Below, one piece after another: positions 58,596 through 64,000 of a stretch of 64,000 nucleotides of DNA. The position numbers and the translations under genes were made by a program. Every line of letters begins with the position of its first letter. The first letter of the stretch is position 1. The DNA is taken from positions 1,312,001 through 1,376,000 of the forward strand of contig OZ243938.1 of assembly GCA_965214095.1 (NCBI GenBank), read 5' to 3'. Source of the stretch: Candidatus Poribacteria bacterium (lineage in GTDB: Bacteria; Poribacteria; WGA-4E; WGA-3G). The notes beneath the pieces were generated by a model that saw nothing but the letters and a program-made list of their open reading frames with translations, had not been told where the DNA came from and ran no database searches.

Positions 58596-60578
58596 ATGGA
58601 AAAATACAAAATTAAATGGAGTTCATCGGTTGTTGTTGATATCTTACTTGTTTATTTTGCATTCTTATTAACCTATTTTACCTGCAAACAACTCAATCCA
58701 GATATATTTGCAAGTTTTGGACAGATATCATTTCTTTCAGGTATCACAAATAACGCAATATTATTATTCTCTATTGCTACCTTAGTCGCATTCGTCCGTA
58801 TCACAACATTTTTGTGCTTTCGCATTTATAAACCTATATGGAGATATGCTGGTGTAAAAGAATTTCGCACCTTTGTAGCTGCAATTGGTATTTCCGGTCT
58901 TATCCTCGTGGGTTTATCGCTCATTCTCACACGGTTTGATACCTGGACTTTCTTTCTGATTGATGGTATCTATAGTGCAATTATAATCGGTTTTATCAAA
59001 TTTTCACATAGCATCTTACGAGAAGGAAGACTCAAAGAAGTAGCACCACCACGAAGAAAGGTTTTGATCGTTGGTGCTGGAATGGCTGGAATAGGGGTTT
59101 TAAAAGAATTACGGGGAAATCCAGAAAAAGGGTATCTTCCCATTGGGTTTATTGACGATAATACACAGAAAGTCGGTAAATCCATAGCTGGACTTGAAGT
59201 TCTCGGCACGACACGTGATCTTACCTACATTGCACGGAAACGTGAAATTGAAGAAGTTATCATAGCAATACCGTCAGCCCCAGGCGGCAAAATTCGGGAT
59301 ATTATCCGACAATGTAAATATCGCAGATGCCAATTCAAGATCGTGCCAAATATACACGCAATTCTTGAGGGTAAGGTTAGCATCAGTCATATCCGAGAAG
59401 TGAAGTTGGAGGACCTACTTAATCGGTCAACCGATCCAGTAGACTTAGCAGAAATTTCAAAGTATCTATCCGGTAAACGTGTCATGGTAACAGGTGCTGG
59501 AGGGTCTATTGGTTCTGAACTTTGCAGACAAGTCGCAAAACTTGATCCTGAATTACTTATCCTTTTCGGACGTGGAGAGAATAGTATCTATCATATTGAT
59601 CTGGAGCTGCGTGAATCTGATCCGCAACTTAACCGTGAATTAATTATCGGCGATATCCGTGATAATTCTAAAGTCTTTCAGATTACAAAACGTTACCGAC
59701 CCCATATTATTTTCCATGCTGCAGCACACAAACACGTCAAATTTATGGAGAAACATCCTGATGAAGCGGTAAAGAACAATATCCTTGGCACAAAAAACTT
59801 GATTGATGCGGCGATAAAAAATCATGTTGAGGCGTTCATTCTTGTTTCGTCTGATAAGTCAGTAAATCCTACGAGTGTTTACGGTGCATCAAAACGGGTC
59901 ACAGAGAAACTAATCCAATGTAAAGCAAATCGGAATGGCACTAAATTCATTGCTGTCAGATTTGGTAATGTCATCGGTAGTCGTGCAAGTGTGTTGCCAA
60001 ATTTCAAAAGACAAATTGCTAAAGGTGGCCCCGTCACAGTTACACATCGCGAAGCGACACGCTACTTTATGACTATCCCCGAAGCAGTTCAACTCCTGAT
60101 TCAAGCAGGGGCGATGGGAAATGGTGGCGAAATCCTTATGCTTGACATGGGTGAACCTATAAAGATACTTGACCTCGCACGAGACCTGATACGATTGTCA
60201 GGTTTGGAAGTTGATAAGGACATTAAGATTGATTTTACTGGGTTGGAAGCTGGAGAAAAACTCTATGAAGAACTACTTACACCGCAAGAGGGTGTGACAG
60301 CAACAAAACACCAACGTATCTTTGTAGCACAGATGGAACATATTGAGGAGGAGCAGCTCATATCTCATTTAAGTGAACTTTCTGAATATGCAGATGCCCT
60401 TGATACTGATGGGATTATTGCGAAATTCCAAGAGTTAGTGCCGACTTATAAACCGAATCGTGAATTTATCAAGGATACGGTGAGTGCTGACAGTTCTGAA
60501 ACAGAAATTAGAAGACACCTTCTAAATACCGATCAAGATTCAGAGACGGAGGAATCTGGTATAACGGACACTGTATAA
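58596..60578 (+). CDS. Membrane-bound UDP-sugar 4,6-dehydratase (CapD/WbpM/PglF-like)
   Basis: 4 TM, IVGAGMAG, VTGAGGSIGSEL, HAAAHKHV, SSDKSVNP, YGASKR, RFGNVIGS and RYFMTIPEA. Confidence 0.93.
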   Translation: MEKYKIKWSSSVVVDILLVYFAFLLTYFTCKQLNPDIFASFGQISFLSGITNNAILLFSIATLVAFVRITTFLCFRIYKPIWRYAGVKEFRTFVAAIGISGLILVGLSLILTRFDTWTFFLIDGIYSAIIIGFIKFSHSILREGRLKEVAPPRRKVLIVGAGMAGIGVLKELRGNPEKGYLPIGFIDDNTQKVGKSIAGLEVLGTTRDLTYIARKREIEEVIIAIPSAPGGKIRDIIRQCKYRRCQFKIVPNIHAILEGKVSISHIREVKLEDLLNRSTDPVDLAEISKYLSGKRVMVTGAGGSIGSELCRQVAKLDPELLILFGRGENSIYHIDLELRESDPQLNRELIIGDIRDNSKVFQITKRYRPHIIFHAAAHKHVKFMEKHPDEAVKNNILGTKNLIDAAIKNHVEAFILVSSDKSVNPTSVYGASKRVTEKLIQCKANRNGTKFIAVRFGNVIGSRASVLPNFKRQIAKGGPVTVTHREATRYFMTIPEAVQLLIQAGAMGNGGEILMLDMGEPIKILDLARDLIRLSGLEVDKDIKIDFTGLEAGEKLYEELLTPQEGVTATKHQRIFVAQMEHIEEEQLISHLSELSEYADALDTDGIIAKFQELVPTYKPNREFIKDTVSADSSETEIRRHLLNTDQDSETEESGITDTV

Positions 60579-60686
60579 ATTAAACGAATGTATGCGTATT
60601 AGATGCTGTCCAAAATATAGAAAAAAGTAAAATGTACAACATTAATGCGTGATAATAATAGTAAAATAGTCTTGTTGAGGTGAGGT

Positions 60687-61367
60687 ATGTCGTCCGTTGA
60701 AGAAGGTTTGCTGATCCATTCAAGTTGGTTAAAAAGACTTTTTGACATCATCCTATCCACGATTATCCTTATATTATCTTTCCCACTCTTTTTACTCGGT
60801 AGTTTCCTCGCGAAAATCCAATCCATCGGACCAGTTTTTTACAAAGCAAATCGCGTGGGTCGAAATGGACAAGTTTTTGAGATGTACAAGTTCAGGACAA
60901 TGGTACAGAATGCAGATAAAATTGGTATTGGGTTGACAACACATAAGGATCCACGTGTAACGCAAATTGGACGTTTGTTGCGTTTTACAAAATTAGATGA
61001 ACTTCCAAACTTCATAAATGTGATTACAGGTGATATGAGTTTAACGGGTCCACGTCCTGAGTCTCCTACCTACGTTAAATTCTATACGGATGAGCAAAAA
61101 CAAGTTTTACTTGTCCGACCAGGGATTACGGGTCCATCACAGATTGTGAACCGAAACGAAGAAGAAAAATTAGCCGAACAGACGGATCCGGAGCAGTATT
61201 ATATCACTGAGTTACTGCCGAAGAAGTTAGCACTTGACCTTCACTATGTTGCGACACAGAGTTTCATATCTGATATTGGGTGGATTTTGAAGACATTATG
61301 GGTGCTTGTGTTTCCACTTAAGGTTGAGAATCAAACTATCGTACAAAATAAACCTACCCACAATTAG
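60687..61367 (+). CDS. Bacterial sugar transferase (phosphoglycosyl transferase, PglC/WcaJ C-terminal type)
   Basis: KRLFDI, YKFRTM, DPRVT, LDELP, GDMSLTGPRPE and RPGITG. Confidence 0.93.
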   Translation: MSSVEEGLLIHSSWLKRLFDIILSTIILILSFPLFLLGSFLAKIQSIGPVFYKANRVGRNGQVFEMYKFRTMVQNADKIGIGLTTHKDPRVTQIGRLLRFTKLDELPNFINVITGDMSLTGPRPESPTYVKFYTDEQKQVLLVRPGITGPSQIVNRNEEEKLAEQTDPEQYYITELLPKKLALDLHYVATQSFISDIGWILKTLWVLVFPLKVENQTIVQNKPTHN

Positions 61368-61407
61368 GAATTTCATGACAGTTTAGTGTTCTGTCTACAC
61401 TAATCTT

Positions 61408-61489
61408 GTAGGTCGGGTAGAGGCACGAAACCCGACATGCAGCCATTTATCATCAATAAAGTTGGGTTTTGTGCCTCTACCCGACCTAC
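61408..61489. repeat. Inverted REP doublet (REPIN-like)
   Basis: GTAGGTCGGGTAGAGGCACGAAACCCGAC and a near-perfect reverse complement at 61461-61489. Confidence 0.8.
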
Positions 61490-61550
61490 AATGTCCGAAT
61501 GGACACTTCATTAGTTTAGCGAATAGATTCCTTAAATTGCTATATACATT

Positions 61551-62423
61551 ATGAAACGAAAACGTGTATTGATTATTATTTCAGTAATAGTTGTTCTATT
61601 CCTCATTATTGTGTTTCAAACTATCCGATTCTTGAGCGGCTCATCCTCTATTGGTGAGAAAGTCGCTGTGCTTGACATTACAGGTATCATAACAAAATCC
61701 GACTCCACAATAAAACTCATCCACGCATATCGTGATGACCCGAATGTAAAGGCGATTATACTACGCATAAATACCCCGGGTGGAAGCGTCGCACCTGTCC
61801 AAGAAATCTTTAGTGAATTGAGGAAGTTGGACAAACCTTTAGTAGCATCAATGGGAAGCACAGCAGCATCGGGTGGTTATTATCTCGCATGTGCTGCAGA
61901 TACAATTGTAGCAAACCCGGGAACTCTAACCGGAAGTATCGGTGTTATTATGCAGTTTACTAAAATAAAAGGGTTGTATGACAAAGTTGGTATAGAACAC
62001 CAGGTCATAAAGAGCGGTAAGTTCAAAGATTCTGGTTCTATGTTTCGTGATCTATCTGAAGACGATATCGCTATTTTACAAGAAACCGTGAATGATGTAT
62101 ATAATCAATTTGTTGATGCAATCTCTGAATCGCGTAATGACACATTGACACGCGACGAGATCGTCAAATTGGCTGATGGACGCATCTTCTCTGGAAGACA
62201 AGCACTTGAACATAAGTTGATTGACAAATTAGGTAACTTACAAGATGCGATTATTGTTGCTGGAGAACTTGGCAACATTGAAGGAAAACCCAAAGTATTG
62301 CGAAGGGAAAGAAGAACTTCTTTACTTGAACAACTGATCGGTATAAAACACAATCCTCACTTTGATGAAATCCTCAACTTTTCCGGTGTGACTTTCCGAT
62401 ATCAACTTAGTCTTGGCAACTAA
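61551..62423 (+). CDS. sppA: Signal peptide peptidase SppA (36K type)
   Basis: RINTPGG, AASGGYY, TGSIGV, KSGKFKD and ADGRIFSG. Confidence 0.95.
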   Translation: MKRKRVLIIISVIVVLFLIIVFQTIRFLSGSSSIGEKVAVLDITGIITKSDSTIKLIHAYRDDPNVKAIILRINTPGGSVAPVQEIFSELRKLDKPLVASMGSTAASGGYYLACAADTIVANPGTLTGSIGVIMQFTKIKGLYDKVGIEHQVIKSGKFKDSGSMFRDLSEDDIAILQETVNDVYNQFVDAISESRNDTLTRDEIVKLADGRIFSGRQALEHKLIDKLGNLQDAIIVAGELGNIEGKPKVLRRERRTSLLEQLIGIKHNPHFDEILNFSGVTFRYQLSLGN

Positions 62424-62435
62424 GGACTATCTGCC

Positions 62436-63575
62436 ATGGAGCAAGTGTATCAGACGAATACTGATTGGAAACGGCTGGCAGACATAATTGCCAAGCCAAA
62501 CCAACGTGTGCTTGTTCTTGGTGCTTCAGATACAGGTAAATCCACATTTTGTCGTTATCTGGTAGATTGTGGATGTGCTGCATCGTTGAAAACTGTTCTT
62601 GTAGATGCTGATATTGGACAATCACAAATAGGTCCTCCCACGACTGTAGGTATGAAACGCTATGTCCTTCCAGAAAAAAATAAAACACCCCAATCAGAAG
62701 ACAATATGAGTGAGACCGATACTAACAAGAATGCAGATGCACTTTACTTTGTAGGTGCCATAACGCCGCAACGCAATCTGCTTCCAATACTAACCGGCAC
62801 ACGATTAATGGTAGACTCCGCATTGGATTCAGGTGCTGAGTTCATTGTTATTGACACAACGGGATATATACACGATGGTGCTGCATCCATGCTTAAACAG
62901 CAAAAGATTGACCTGATTCGTCCAAACCATGTAGTCTGCATTGGTCGTCCAAAGGATTTAGAACGGATTGTTGGTTGCTACAGAGATCAAACTTGGCTTA
63001 CAATTCATCGCCTACTTCCACATAGGTTAGTACGAACTAAGAGCGGGGAAGCACGAAAGAGAAACCGAAAAGATAAGTTTACCGAATATTTCCAAGACAG
63101 TGAACTTCAAGAGATTCCAATTGATGAAATTAAGGGAGCACGCACCCCATTTTTTAACGGTAGAATAGCAAATCAAAAAGAATTGGAGATTCTTTCTGAT
63201 TTGACTGAAAACGATGTGGCGTATGCTGAATGGGGTCAGAGAACAGTCAGTCTAATTGTAAGAACAAAACTCACGCATGAAACAACAAAAAAACTTAAGG
63301 ACTATCTGAGTTTGACTTATGTAGCATCTGAAACAAGTTCATATTTTGACCAACGACTTGTGGGAATGTTGAACAACTCAGGTGATACTGTAGCTATTGG
63401 TATCATTGAAACAATTGACTATGAGAACAGAAAGCTTCATATACGATGTAAAACTGGAATTGCTTCTGATGTGAAGATGCTACAGTTTGGAGAATACCAG
63501 GTGATAAATCCTAAGAGTCATTTTACTAACCGTAATAAACACATATATACTGACTATATGAATCTGATCAATTAG
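62436..63575 (+). CDS. Clp1/Grc3/Nol9-family polynucleotide 5'-hydroxyl kinase
   Basis: Walker A GASDTGKST, DADIGQSQIGPPTT, IDTTG and lid RKRNRKDKF.EYF. Confidence 0.85.
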   Translation: MEQVYQTNTDWKRLADIIAKPNQRVLVLGASDTGKSTFCRYLVDCGCAASLKTVLVDADIGQSQIGPPTTVGMKRYVLPEKNKTPQSEDNMSETDTNKNADALYFVGAITPQRNLLPILTGTRLMVDSALDSGAEFIVIDTTGYIHDGAASMLKQQKIDLIRPNHVVCIGRPKDLERIVGCYRDQTWLTIHRLLPHRLVRTKSGEARKRNRKDKFTEYFQDSELQEIPIDEIKGARTPFFNGRIANQKELEILSDLTENDVAYAEWGQRTVSLIVRTKLTHETTKKLKDYLSLTYVASETSSYFDQRLVGMLNNSGDTVAIGIIETIDYENRKLHIRCKTGIASDVKMLQFGEYQVINPKSHFTNRNKHIYTDYMNLIN

Positions 63576-63586
63576 GCGAATATTTT

Positions 63587-64000
63587 TTGCAAAATAAGAA
63601 TGCTCTTTTTCGATTCCTTCGTTATCTTGCTCCTTATAACGCTTCTATTGTTTTAGCAATGGGTTGTGCATTAATTGTTTCTATTTGTGATCTTGGACCA
63701 ATACAGATCTTAAGGGATACTCTTGATTCACTGAAGTTGTTAGAAGGCTTCAGTCAATCCCCTCAACCTATTACTATTCGTTTTTTTTATATTGAGAATG
63801 TTTACAAGGGATATGAATTTACCTTGACAGATGCAGGAGATGCGTTCCGTCTCTATTTCTGGATTTTAGTAGGTGGAGTAAGTCTTGTTTTTATAAAAGG
63901 TTTTTTTGTTTATGGAAGTGATTTTTTGATGGAACGTGTCGGAAATAAATTAAGTTTCCAATTACGTAATGATATATACAAAAATATTGTTTCTTCACCG
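63587..64000 (+). CDS. ABC exporter transmembrane subunit (MsbA-like), 3'-truncated
   Basis: The frame is open to the window end: FRFLRYLAPY...VFIKGFFVYGSDFLMERVGNKLSFQLRNDIYKNI. The TTG start is uncertain. Confidence 0.7.
   Translation, partial: MQNKNALFRFLRYLAPYNASIVLAMGCALIVSICDLGPIQILRDTLDSLKLLEGFSQSPQPITIRFFYIENVYKGYEFTLTDAGDAFRLYFWILVGGVSLVFIKGFFVYGSDFLMERVGNKLSFQLRNDIYKNIVSSP

Overview
Bacterial chromosomal window, roughly 40% GC by eye and densely coding. No rRNA, tRNA or CRISPR array was recognised. The gene content suggests a Candidatus Poribacteria-like (sponge-symbiont-type) genome; this is inference, not a database result. The pointers are a LamG/cohesin/dockerin protein with a YPNPFNPETWIPYQL...TRKMLILK tail, PhyH paralogues, a sulfatase, an orphan BMC vertex gene, an Rpn nuclease and a PorV-like protein. 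Housekeeping genes (recG, smc, trpA, secA, sppA, partial sixA and an msbA-like gene) are mixed with transport, sugar and glycosylation genes. Main candidates for follow-up: (1) an eutN/ccmL gene, a GGxxNPF (RegB-type) sensor kinase, an NtrC-like regulator whose AAA+ motifs are all degenerate, and a 5-formyl-THF cyclo-ligase in one apparent operon; (2) a PhyH pair with one HxG (halogenase-type) enzyme and one metal-ligand-less paralogue; (3) an orphan IS200/IS605 right end with TnpB omega-RNA-like structure directly behind an SDR gene; (4) an Rpn nuclease with an intragenic Shine-Dalgarno and ATG (RpnS antitoxin-like); (5) a multidomain secreted protein split by a single in-frame TAG; (6) a nested hierarchy of GTAG-type REP palindromes and MITE-like elements; (7) a bacterial Clp1-like RNA kinase.
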